NCBI RefSeq assembly: GCF_018882085.1
Contig: NZ_JACVPB010000015.1
Coordinates: 6,418 to 38,417, forward strand
Origin: Polynucleobacter sp. AP-Reno-20A-A9
GTDB taxonomy: Bacteria; Pseudomonadota; Gammaproteobacteria; Burkholderiales; Burkholderiaceae
DNA length: 32,000 nucleotides
Reading direction: 5' to 3'
A program made the translations under genes and the position numbers. The notes under the pieces were generated by a model. The model had not been told where the DNA came from and ran no database searches. It worked only from the letters and a program-made list of their open reading frames with translations. Shown one piece after another: positions 17,105 to 24,828 of this stretch (the first letter of the stretch is position 1; every line of letters begins with the position of its first letter).

Positions 17105-18087
17105 TCTCGCTCGCCGTAGATAAACTCACGCAACTTATTCATCTTGCTCTTTAGCGTGTCTTTCTGTTCCTGTGTTTGTGCTGGCTGTTTTGGTATTTCG
17201 GGCAACACATACGCTATGTCGCACGCTACAACTAATAGCATCATCAGCACGCTTTCTTCACGCTTTAGTCGTTTGGACAGTTTTGGTTTGCCACTGCTTT
17301 GCGCAAAATGACTTTTACTACCACGCACTCTCGGTATTGCGTCAGCATCTATTCCAACTGTTCTGTCGTAACCTTTGTCAAAATCCACATCTCTGTCCAT
17401 CCACGCATCTAATCTCGCACGCATATCCGCACCGTAGTCACCACGCTCTACACATCCATACTGTTCTTCTAAATATTCCAGCGCTTCTTCATACAGTTTT
17501 TCTGCTTGTCTTGATACTTTTGTGCGTGTCGTTGTTGTTCCTGCGTTCGTGCCAGCCATTTTCTCGTATCTGCCATTCATCAAGTCTGCTTTATTGAGCT
17601 TCTTGTTGTATGTCTTTAGGAACTCTGGCATTTCGTCATATAGTATTTCTTCACTGTGTCGTATTTCTTCCAGCGTCGTTTCGTAGCTACTGTATTCACT
17701 CTCGCTCAAAATACTGCGTAGACGAGTAGTTCGCACGCTCATACCATCCAGTATGTCGTTCATCAGCACATTTATTTTGTGTAGTTTGACTGTTTGTGCG
17801 TCGTCTATTTGCTCGAGACCGAACGCACTTGTGTTGTATGTATGTTCTGGTTTCGCATCTACATAGTCGCTTTCAGCAAACTCCACGACACCACCGACTA
17901 CATTATCGTGTCCTTGTGTGTGCCGAACACGCCCCTGATATAGCAGTGCTGGTATGTGATAGTTTTCATACGCAATGTCATCAATGCGTTTAGCAACACG
18001 GGTCAGCGTTTCCCGTGTTGCTTCTTGTATCGCTACTGCGTCTAACTTACGAGCTTTTTTTCTTCGCTGTGCTTTTGCGTGTTCCAC
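17101..18087 (-). CDS. hypothetical 328-aa protein
   Basis: Long ORF with a basic N-terminus (AKAQRRKKARK) and an acidic middle, no motif I recognise. Its stop overlaps the convergent recombinase stop (TTAA 17101..17104). Confidence 0.6.
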   Translation of the reverse strand: MEHAKAQRRKKARKLDAVAIQEATRETLTRVAKRIDDIAYENYHIPALLYQGRVRHTQGHDNVVGGVVEFAESDYVDAKPEHTYNTSAFGLEQIDDAQTVKLHKINVLMNDILDGMSVRTTRLRSILSESEYSSYETTLEEIRHSEEILYDEMPEFLKTYNKKLNKADLMNGRYEKMAGTNAGTTTTRTKVSRQAEKLYEEALEYLEEQYGCVERGDYGADMRARLDAWMDRDVDFDKGYDRTVGIDADAIPRVRGSKSHFAQSSGKPKLSKRLKREESVLMMLLVVACDIAYVLPEIPKQPAQTQEQKDTLKSKMNKLREFIYGERD

Positions 18088-18283
18088 TACTTTTAGTAGC
18101 TTTTGCCTTGAACACCCCGCGCAGTTTAGTTTGTGTAAAACCGTGTAACTTGATTAGTGCTTTAACAGTTTCTAAATCTTCTGCTTCAGCATCCTTCTTC
18201 AGTTTCTCAATCTCCGCATCTTCTGTTTTGCGTTTGTCGTAGATTTCTTTTAGACGCTGACTTGCTGTTAGTGTTTCACTCAT
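18047..18283 (-). CDS. truncated H-NS-like protein (N-terminal oligomerisation part and linker only)
   Basis: Start at MSETLTASQ, 4 nt after AAAGGAGAA. The coiled-coil N-terminus, then ..VKALIKLHGFTQTKL.. and a basic linker, resemble the H-NS dimerisation and linker architecture. The C-terminal DNA-binding motif (TW.GRG) is absent. Confidence 0.4.
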   Translation of the reverse strand: MSETLTASQRLKEIYDKRKTEDAEIEKLKKDAEAEDLETVKALIKLHGFTQTKLRGVFKAKATKSSGTRKSTAKKKSS

Positions 18284-18315
18284 TGTTTTCTCCTTTAAAT
18301 GTATCAATTTCTAAA

Positions 18316-18951
18316 TTAAATCTTCTTTAATTTATTGCGTTGAATTAAATCAATTAAAACGCTTATTGAAAGCGCTAAGAATATTGAGAGCGCTATTCCA
18401 CCGCCTAATATTTTATTGAGTTGACCACTGTATTTCAGTGTAGTTGTTTCTGTTTCACCAATTTGTTTGGATTCTGTTGATGTTGATGCCGTATCAATTA
18501 AACTTACCACTTGTTTATTATCTTGTTTAACCGCAGTCAATAACTTGATGAATTCTTTACGCTTCTCACTTAATATCTTCTTGTGCGCATTTATTATTTC
18601 ATCCACCATATTTCTTACATTAGTTTTTGATTCGTCGATAGATACATTTTTGGACGAAACTTGAACAACTCGAGTATTTTTTATTGGATTAATTGTTGCG
18701 TTTTTGGTGTAGATATATTTCATCTGATCTACAGGCTCAATCACTTGCTGCCCATTAAAGTAAAAACGCTCACCAACAAGAATATTCGCAGTGCTTTCAT
18801 ACAGCGTAGGTCTTGTAAACGCAAACACCAGCACCATTAGTGTGAGTGTAGAAAATATAAGAATGATTGTTTTATATTGACGATTTAAAAAATTCCAAAC
18901 ATCAACAATACTTAATTCATCTTCGCTATCAATTTCTGGACGCATATTCAT
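18316..18951 (-). CDS. mini Wzz-like polysaccharide co-polymerase (chain-length determinant) family protein
   Basis: Start at ATG 18951, 7 nt after GGAG. DELSIVDVWNFLNRQYKTIILIF...TRPTLYESTANILV matches the Wzz N-terminal motif plus TM1. The C-terminal LGGGIALSIFLALSISVLIDLI is TM2. The periplasmic part is only about 150 aa. The gene is markedly AT-rich. Confidence 0.55.
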   Translation of the reverse strand: MNMRPEIDSEDELSIVDVWNFLNRQYKTIILIFSTLTLMVLVFAFTRPTLYESTANILVGERFYFNGQQVIEPVDQMKYIYTKNATINPIKNTRVVQVSSKNVSIDESKTNVRNMVDEIINAHKKILSEKRKEFIKLLTAVKQDNKQVVSLIDTASTSTESKQIGETETTTLKYSGQLNKILGGGIALSIFLALSISVLIDLIQRNKLKKI

Positions 18952-19091
18952 AGCGAACTCCAATCTATCAATTCATAAAGAATGTATGAAATTACAGATA
19001 AGGAAAGGAGTGTGAGAAATATTACAAATAACAGCGCAGGCTTTGTGAATCGTATTTCGCGGCGAGTTAATCCACTGTTACCTAAAGTGTC

Positions 19092-19104
19092 GGGGGGGGG
19101 GGGG
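19092..19104. repeat. G13 (C13 on the coding strand) homopolymer tract
   Basis: Counted directly as 13 consecutive G. It is intergenic, 83 nt after the integrase stop and 141 nt upstream of the Wzz-like ATG. Confidence 0.95.
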
Positions 19105-19186
19105 ACTTTACAATCATATTTTTTCCATAATTTTTAAAAATAATAGCACTATTTTCTAAATTTTAAAAATATTATCTCCGTTCAGT

Positions 19187-20455
19187 TTAAGCTAACCTAT
19201 CCGCCGCCATTGTTGCTGTCAGCTTGCTGTAGTGCTGTTCAATCATTAGTGCGCTATTTCCCATCTGTTTCGCAAGCGTGTGTATGTCGGTGCCATTCTC
19301 TAACAGTTCCAGCGTCGCATAAGTATGTCGCAAACTGTATAGCGTGCGTGTTTCATTCTGCGCATTCTTTAACAGTCCGCAGTCACGCATTAGTCGTCTA
19401 AATGTTCCGCCGAAGTCTGGCGGTTGATAGTTGTTGCTGAACCTAAACACTTTATGCTTTATGCGTGACACAAATATGTCATTAAACGCAACACTGTTGA
19501 TGTCTGTTTGTCGTGCGTGTAACCGTTTTAACGCATCCAACACATTGTGTTTCGCTATCAGCCAGCGTCCGCCTGTTTTTCCACTTACCCATATACGCAC
19601 ATAGCGCACATCTTTATCTGTGTGCCACTCAATATTGTTCCAACATATATTCATCGCTTCTGTGCCGTGTCGTATTCCTGTATATAGCAACACTTCGACA
19701 TAATCACGCACTAACGGTCTTATCTGTTTTTCAACTTGTGACACTCCACCGTTCTGCCAAGTTTTCATATACTCCAACAAGTAGTCAATCTCGTTTCTGC
19801 TAAACGCAGGTCGTGGTTTGCTTTTCTCACCTAATGTCGTTAGTTTCGGTATTGTTGCGTTCGCACTCAACCAGCCACGCACTACAGCAACGCTTATCAG
19901 CTTATTCCACGCACTTGCGAAGTTGTTGAGTGTTGATGCTTTCGGCGTTCTGTTCATCTGCCTGTTTCTCCACATCTCAAAATCAATCACATCTTTGTGC
20001 GTTATGTCTTCCATTCGTGTTTCGGCGAAGTAGGGCAGGAAGTATTTTTCAATACAAGTGATGTAGTCGTTGTAACTTGTTCTGCCGTTGCGCAAGTCAA
20101 TCTGCTGTTGTAATTCTTTCAGCGTTTCGTGCGCTATTTGTGCGAAGCTGTGTGTTGTGTGTGTTAAACCCAGTCGTTGTCTAAACCGTGCTTCGTCATA
20201 CATTTCGCACGCAACACGCACGGCGTTTTCTACACTTGCTTTGCGTGTGCTAACACGATGCCAAGTTCCGTCTGCTAACTTGTAACGACATTGATACAGT
20301 GGTGATGTTTTTCTGCGGTATATAACAACTTCACCGTCACGCAAGTAAATCACTGTCGGAACAGTTGTAGCGTGTGACGCAACTATCTTGCTTGTTTCAG
20401 TGGGAGAGGTGTTTTCTGCTGTGTGTATTAGTTTTAGATGTGTGAGATTTTTCAC
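19187..20455 (-). CDS. tyrosine integrase of island A
   Basis: 422 aa. TGIRHGTEA (Arg), LYSLRHTYAT (His-x-x-Arg) and MIEQHYSKL (Tyr). It lies immediately 3' of the tRNA-Lys fragment and in the same orientation. Confidence 0.9.
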   Translation of the reverse strand: MKNLTHLKLIHTAENTSPTETSKIVASHATTVPTVIYLRDGEVVIYRRKTSPLYQCRYKLADGTWHRVSTRKASVENAVRVACEMYDEARFRQRLGLTHTTHSFAQIAHETLKELQQQIDLRNGRTSYNDYITCIEKYFLPYFAETRMEDITHKDVIDFEMWRNRQMNRTPKASTLNNFASAWNKLISVAVVRGWLSANATIPKLTTLGEKSKPRPAFSRNEIDYLLEYMKTWQNGGVSQVEKQIRPLVRDYVEVLLYTGIRHGTEAMNICWNNIEWHTDKDVRYVRIWVSGKTGGRWLIAKHNVLDALKRLHARQTDINSVAFNDIFVSRIKHKVFRFSNNYQPPDFGGTFRRLMRDCGLLKNAQNETRTLYSLRHTYATLELLENGTDIHTLAKQMGNSALMIEQHYSKLTATMAADRLA

Positions 20456-20556
20456 AGCACTAAACTAAACAGCGTGGAACAAATGTGCGCACTGTGGCGC
20501 ATTGTGCTGAACTGCTGACGCAAAACGCAAGTGTAAGTTTGCGCTATGTAAAACGA

Positions 20557-20606
20557 TGGTGGGTCGGGCGAGATTCGAACTCGCGACCAACGGATTAAAA
20601 GTCCGC
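20557..20606 (-). pseudogene. 5'-truncated tRNA-Lys(UUU), 50 nt, proximal att repeat of island A
   Basis: It has the same 45 nt as 13992..14036, plus GCGGA, which completes the anticodon stem against TCCGT. The sequence beyond has no D-arm or GGGTCGG acceptor strand. Confidence 0.8.
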
Positions 20607-20768
20607 AAAACAGATTATTTATTGGTGTTGATTGGCGTAGATAAGTCATTGTTATATCAATATAAATCAATAAATACAGTGCTTACAGGGCTATCTTCAA
20701 TATTCCTCTAAATTCCTTTAAATAGATATAAAATCAATACATGACCAATACATGGGAAAATTGAGGTT

Positions 20769-22073
20769 ATGGCTACCAACAAAATAGGCTTTACCGCACC
20801 GAAAATAAGCGCTTTGGAGTGTGAACCGGGCAAGTCGCAGACAATCTATTGGGATAGCAAAACGCCTAGCCTTGGGGTGCGTATCACGCCCACAGGCAAC
20901 AAAGCCTTTATTTTCCAAACATGGTTTAACAATACAAACCTACGCATGACTATTGGCGATGTGAATTCTTGGGCTATTGATAAAGCCCAATCCGAAGCAA
21001 GGCGCTTAAAGGTGCTGACTGACCAAGGAATAGACCCTAGAGAACAAAAAGCCGATTTAAAAGCTAAAACCATGGCGCGAAAGCTAAAAGGTATTCAAGG
21101 GCTGGAAGTCTGGAAGGATTACATCGCAGACCGCAAAGACCAATGGGGTAAACGGCATTTATTCGACCATGACGATATGGTTAAAGCTGGTGGTGGCAAA
21201 TTCACTAGAGGATTGCGACCTGGACAACCAAAGACTAGGCAACCCGGCATTCTTGTTAGCTTGCTATCACTACCAATTAACGAAATAACTAGGGATAAGG
21301 TAGCACTATGGCTAAAGAAGGAAGTCCTAAAAAGACCTACCCGCGCTCGGTTAGCTTTATCACTACTTAAAGCCTTCATTACTTGGGCAAGTGACCAACC
21401 CAAATATAAGGCGCTAGTTGATGTAAGTGCTTGTGACCGATTAACCAGGGAATTGCCAAGTAAGCAAGCCAAAGATGATTGTTTGCAGAAAGAGCAATTA
21501 AGCCTTTGGTTTGAAGGCGTTAGGCAAATCAATAACCCGGTAATTAGTTATTACCTTCAAATCTTGTTATTGACCGGTGCAAGGCGTAATGAGTTGTCCA
21601 CCCTAAAGTGGGTAGATGTTGATACCCAATGGCATACCGCTTTAATTAGGGATAAGGTTGAAGGCAGTCGAAAAATACCGCTTACGCCCTATGTTGAATT
21701 ACTACTTAACAACCTAAAAAGGGTGAATAAGTATGTATTCGCAAGCCCTACGGCTAAAAGTAAACATATAACTGAACCACGCATAGCCCATAAGCAAGCT
21801 ATGGAAGCTATGGGATTGCCACCGCTAACCTTGCAAGGGTTAAGAAGGTCATTCGGAACATTGGCAGAGTGGACAGAATGCCCGGCTGGCATTAGCGCCC
21901 AAATAATGGGACATAAGCCTTCCGCATTGGTGGAAAAGCATTACCGGAAGCGTCCAATTGATTTACTACGTCAATGGCACTCGAAGATTGAAAAATTTAT
22001 TCTTGATGAAGCAGGCATACCGCAACCAAAAGATGGCGCTAAGCGTTTGCGCGTTGTAAATGCGGACACTTGA
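20769..22073 (+). CDS. P4-type tyrosine integrase with DUF4102-like arm-binding N-terminus
   Basis: 434 aa. The N-terminus ...KISALECEPGKSQTIYWDSKTPSLGVRITPTGNKAFIFQ is typical of DUF4102 integrases. TGARRNEL (Arg) and IMGHKPSALVEKHY (His...Tyr) are present. The His-x-x-Arg box reads QGLRR, so the first His is Gln. Confidence 0.9.
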   Translation: MATNKIGFTAPKISALECEPGKSQTIYWDSKTPSLGVRITPTGNKAFIFQTWFNNTNLRMTIGDVNSWAIDKAQSEARRLKVLTDQGIDPREQKADLKAKTMARKLKGIQGLEVWKDYIADRKDQWGKRHLFDHDDMVKAGGGKFTRGLRPGQPKTRQPGILVSLLSLPINEITRDKVALWLKKEVLKRPTRARLALSLLKAFITWASDQPKYKALVDVSACDRLTRELPSKQAKDDCLQKEQLSLWFEGVRQINNPVISYYLQILLLTGARRNELSTLKWVDVDTQWHTALIRDKVEGSRKIPLTPYVELLLNNLKRVNKYVFASPTAKSKHITEPRIAHKQAMEAMGLPPLTLQGLRRSFGTLAEWTECPAGISAQIMGHKPSALVEKHYRKRPIDLLRQWHSKIEKFILDEAGIPQPKDGAKRLRVVNADT

Positions 22074-22361
22074 CGAGGAATTCTGAGTTACGCTAATATG
22101 CTCTCTAGCAGGAGTTTTAAAAGGGTTAGGTCTAAATTATTCAGTTGACACATTGGTTGGCTGGCTAAATTGAAGTTAATTAAGCAAAAATATCCCAGCA
22201 AGGCGTCGTTTCCTTGTAGACCAAGTTAAAGGCACATAGCCAACGCAGTATCTGAAGAAGATATGACTATTAGCAAAGACTAATAAGCACTATCCCTAGT
22301 GCGTGTTGCTCCCACGAAAAGGTTAGCGATTCACAGATGTTTGTGATTTTTTAGTTCTTTT

Positions 22362-22628
22362 ATGTACGGAGTTCACATGAATCTCAAAGAAAATAGTAAA
22401 GAAGCTTCTGAGTGGCCTATTCCATCAGGGCTGTCAATGCTTGCTGGTAATCGCGATGCTATTACCACTGCTGAATTTGCAAAGGCAATAAGTGGCAGTC
22501 AACAAACCCTCCGAAAAAATTACTGCTTGACTGGAAATGCCTATGGCATCAAACCGATCAAGATTGGTAACCGTTTGTTGTGGCCTGTTGAAAAGATAGC
22601 TCTCTTGATAAGTCGGGGGTCAATATGA
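22362..22628 (+). CDS. excisionase/AlpA-like helix-turn-helix protein
   Basis: ITTAEFAKAISGSQQTLRKN...IKPIKIGNRLLWPVEKIALLI resembles the MerR-superfamily excisionase HTH pattern (..s..Ty.l...g..p..kiG.r.rw....i..w). The start may be ATG 22377, after GGAG. ATGA overlap with the next gene. Confidence 0.5.
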   Translation: MYGVHMNLKENSKEASEWPIPSGLSMLAGNRDAITTAEFAKAISGSQQTLRKNYCLTGNAYGIKPIKIGNRLLWPVEKIALLISRGSI

Positions 22629-23146
22629 GTAAGCAGAAATTCATAAAGGATCCCCTTGGACAACATATAAGACTCTATGCAGTAATTTACAACTCAGTAG
22701 CTTGGAGATGTCTATCCCCCTCAGCAAAAGCCTTATGGTGCGATTTAAGGGTACAGATCGGCTCTTCAAATAATGGAACGGCTTCTACTGCCCTCGGAAT
22801 ACTAGCCCATTACAACTGGTCTTCTAGACATACTGTTATGCGAGCACGCGATGAGTTGATTGCTCTAGGGTTAATTGAATTAACAAGACAGGGCGGTATT
22901 TGCAGTGGAGGCAAGAGCCCTAATCTTTATCGGTTCACAGATTTAGAAATGTATGACATTCCAAAAAAGGGATTAATCGCTAAAAAAGCAGACCATCTTT
23001 ATAAGAAGATTCAGACGCATACCGAAGCAAAGAAAATCCTTGAAGATCTTAGGACTGAGAAAAAAAGTAAGGTGAAGAGTTTGCCCTTAGTAAGTGCTGT
23101 AACGATACTTAGGGACCAGAAACTAAGTGAACTTTCTGTCCATTGA
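22625..23146 (+). CDS. winged-helix DNA-binding protein (replication/regulatory-like)
   Basis: 173 aa. ...SRHTVMRARDELIALGLIELTRQGG... looks like a wHTH recognition helix plus wing. Translationally coupled to the upstream HTH gene. Confidence 0.45.
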   Translation: MSKQKFIKDPLGQHIRLYAVIYNSVAWRCLSPSAKALWCDLRVQIGSSNNGTASTALGILAHYNWSSRHTVMRARDELIALGLIELTRQGGICSGGKSPNLYRFTDLEMYDIPKKGLIAKKADHLYKKIQTHTEAKKILEDLRTEKKSKVKSLPLVSAVTILRDQKLSELSVH

Positions 23147-23235
23147 CTGGGATTGGGTAGACCAATTATGCACTTAGTAATTTTTTAATAACTAGGATTT
23201 ATTCCATCTAATCAATTAGATAAAGGTGATATTAA

Positions 23236-23367
23236 ATGAGTACCAATAAACCATGTGCTTGTAGCAAAAGAGCACTCCTTAATATAACTACCATCCCCAC
23301 TAGAGCTTTTGAGAGCTTTATAAGCCATCTTATCCTGCAAATTATTATCAAAGGAGATCGGTCATGA
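23236..23367 (+). CDS. hypothetical 43-aa protein (not in the ORF track)
   Basis: My translation is MSTNKPCACSKRALLNITTIPTRAFESFISHLILQIIIKGDRS. AAGGTG lies 7 nt upstream. Its TGA overlaps the next ATG as ATGA (23364..23367). Confidence 0.35.
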   Translation: MSTNKPCACSKRALLNITTIPTRAFESFISHLILQIIIKGDRS

Positions 23368-23687
23368 CAGCAAATGTTCAATGGGAAAAGTTTAAGAAGG
23401 AAGATCCACCTTCCGAGGGGGCATTTCCGGATGAGGATGAAATTAAAGCGTCTGAATTAGCCTTTGAGGCTGATATGGAACTGCTTTACACCTTACTGGA
23501 ATCTGATGAAAGATTAAGGGTTTCCTATGAGGAAATTAAGCGTTTAAACCATCGTAATGCTCAACTGACAATCAGCATGCATGGATTAATGAACGATAAA
23601 AATTTCTGCATAAAGCAAATTAAGCAACTTCAGAGAGAAATTGATCGATTCAAAAAGATGCAGCGAATGAATCTCGTAAAACCCTAG
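23364..23687 (+). CDS. hypothetical 107-aa acidic/coiled-coil protein
   Basis: AAAGGAGA RBS 6 nt upstream. No motif recognised. Confidence 0.5.
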   Translation: MTANVQWEKFKKEDPPSEGAFPDEDEIKASELAFEADMELLYTLLESDERLRVSYEEIKRLNHRNAQLTISMHGLMNDKNFCIKQIKQLQREIDRFKKMQRMNLVKP

Positions 23688-23723
23688 GCTATCTACTTTA
23701 GAAGAATTTAGAGGACATTAGAA

Positions 23724-24095
23724 ATGACAATGGGATATAAGACTGGAGGGAGGCAGTTAGGCACCCCCAATAAAGCCTCGAATGACTTAAGGAAGGCTAT
23801 TACTGCATTAATAGATGGGAATATAGACAAGCTGTCTGAATGGCTTGATACAGTCGCTTCTGGCGTCCGTAAGGTTGATCTTGAGACGGGGAAACAAACA
23901 CACGAATATCTGGTGCGTCCCAACCCTGCTAAAGCTTTTGATATGTTTATGTCAGCAGTTGAATACGCCATTCCTAAATTAGCTCGGACTGAAATTGTTG
24001 AGGAAGCCATTGACTCGGGAGAAGCAAATGAGAGGGCTCAGGTATTCTCTGATTTGATTGATGTATTGAAAAGAAAACGCCAAGAAGAGATCTAA
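23724..24095 (+). CDS. hypothetical 123-aa phage-like protein
   Basis: The N-terminal GGRQLGTPNK motif and ...EYAIPKLARTE... resemble small prophage proteins I recall (GGRPKG.pNK ... PKLaR.E). Unverified. Confidence 0.45.
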   Translation: MTMGYKTGGRQLGTPNKASNDLRKAITALIDGNIDKLSEWLDTVASGVRKVDLETGKQTHEYLVRPNPAKAFDMFMSAVEYAIPKLARTEIVEEAIDSGEANERAQVFSDLIDVLKRKRQEEI

Positions 24096-24096
24096 C

Positions 24097-24768
24097 TTGA
24101 AGTTACCATTCAAAGAAACCCCGCTAAAGCTGATTAGGAGTGCTTTGGTAGTCACATCCCTACTAATCTTCGGGGTTCTCTTGTATATCTTCGTCCTGAC
24201 AAATTACTTTCACTCTATCAATTATGGCAAGGGTACTCTTTATTACAACTTCAATAAAGGTGGGGAATGTAGTCTAGAAATAGATGGCAAGATCAACGGC
24301 TCTCTTGAGGATGCTTTTCATGACATTCTTAAGAAATCGGGGCAGTACGACTGTAAGTCTTATCAGCTATCCTTGAACTCAGGCGGCGGCAATATGGCTA
24401 TTGCTATGAGATTAGGGGACATCATAAAGTCCAAGGATATGACAACTATTGTCTTAGATAAATGCAAATCCTCTTGTATGTACCTTTTTATTTCAGGGAA
24501 AACAAGAATTGCATCAAAGTACTCAGTCCTGGGTATGCATCAGCCTGCTGACGTAGATACTGGGGTATGCATAACGCCTATAAGCATTCCTAAGAATAAT
24601 CCCGACTACTTCAAAGGTCTTCAGCAGTACGTAGACGCAAGGCTTGGACACAAGGCCGGTGAGTTCTACACAAACAAAGATAATTTAGCGAGCTGTAAAG
24701 AAATGCTTCAGATCGATAACGAAGAGTTTCAAAGAAATGGGATCATCAAGACATTAACTGATGATTAA
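24097..24768 (+). CDS. membrane-anchored ClpP-fold (S14/S49-like) serine peptidase
   Basis: TTG start one nt after the upstream stop. The N-terminal TM helix is SALVVTSLLIFGVLLYIFVL. LNSGGGNMAIAMRLGDII...DKCKSSCMYLFISG...LGMHQP...TNKDNL aligns by eye with E. coli ClpP INSPGGVITAGMSIYDTM...GQAASMGAFLLTAG...VMIHQP...TERDRFL. This places Ser, His and Asp at the catalytic positions. Confidence 0.6.
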   Translation: MKLPFKETPLKLIRSALVVTSLLIFGVLLYIFVLTNYFHSINYGKGTLYYNFNKGGECSLEIDGKINGSLEDAFHDILKKSGQYDCKSYQLSLNSGGGNMAIAMRLGDIIKSKDMTTIVLDKCKSSCMYLFISGKTRIASKYSVLGMHQPADVDTGVCITPISIPKNNPDYFKGLQQYVDARLGHKAGEFYTNKDNLASCKEMLQIDNEEFQRNGIIKTLTDD

Positions 24769-24776
24769 ATTTCACC

Positions 24777-24825
24777 CCATACTAATCAGATTAGTATGGG
24801 TTTACCCTTACTAATCTGATTAGTA
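24777..24825. repeat. two tandem near-identical palindromes between convergent genes (terminator and/or operator)
   Basis: CCATACTAATC-A-GATTAGTATGG (24777..24799) and TACTAATC-T-GATTAGTA (24809..24825). Confidence 0.7.
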
Positions 24826-24828
24826 TTG

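Larger units (their letters stand above)
13992..20601 (-). mobile_element. integrative genomic island A in the 3' end of tRNA-Lys
   Basis: Perfect 45-bp direct repeats at both ends. A tyrosine integrase gene starts about 100 nt from the tRNA-proximal repeat. Oligonucleotide usage (GCG/ACGC-rich, with strong strand asymmetry) is visibly unlike the flanks. Confidence 0.7.

Noticed and set aside
18047-18087. Programmed frameshift on the A7 run fusing the 78-aa and 328-aa ORFs
   Set aside because: The downstream frame is +1, not -1, relative to the upstream gene, and the 328-aa ORF has its own ATG. Simple overlapping genes are the more economical reading.
19012-19140. Short plus-strand ORF (GTG start) reading through the G13 tract as poly-Gly
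   Set aside because: The putative AGGAG is only 1 nt from the GTG, and the ORF is about 41 aa with no other support. The tract is better treated as intergenic.
22145-22171. Sigma70-like promoter TTGACA-N15-TAAATT upstream of the excisionase-like gene
   Set aside because: The spacer is only 15 nt, and it lies about 200 nt from the start codon. This is too weak to report as a feature.
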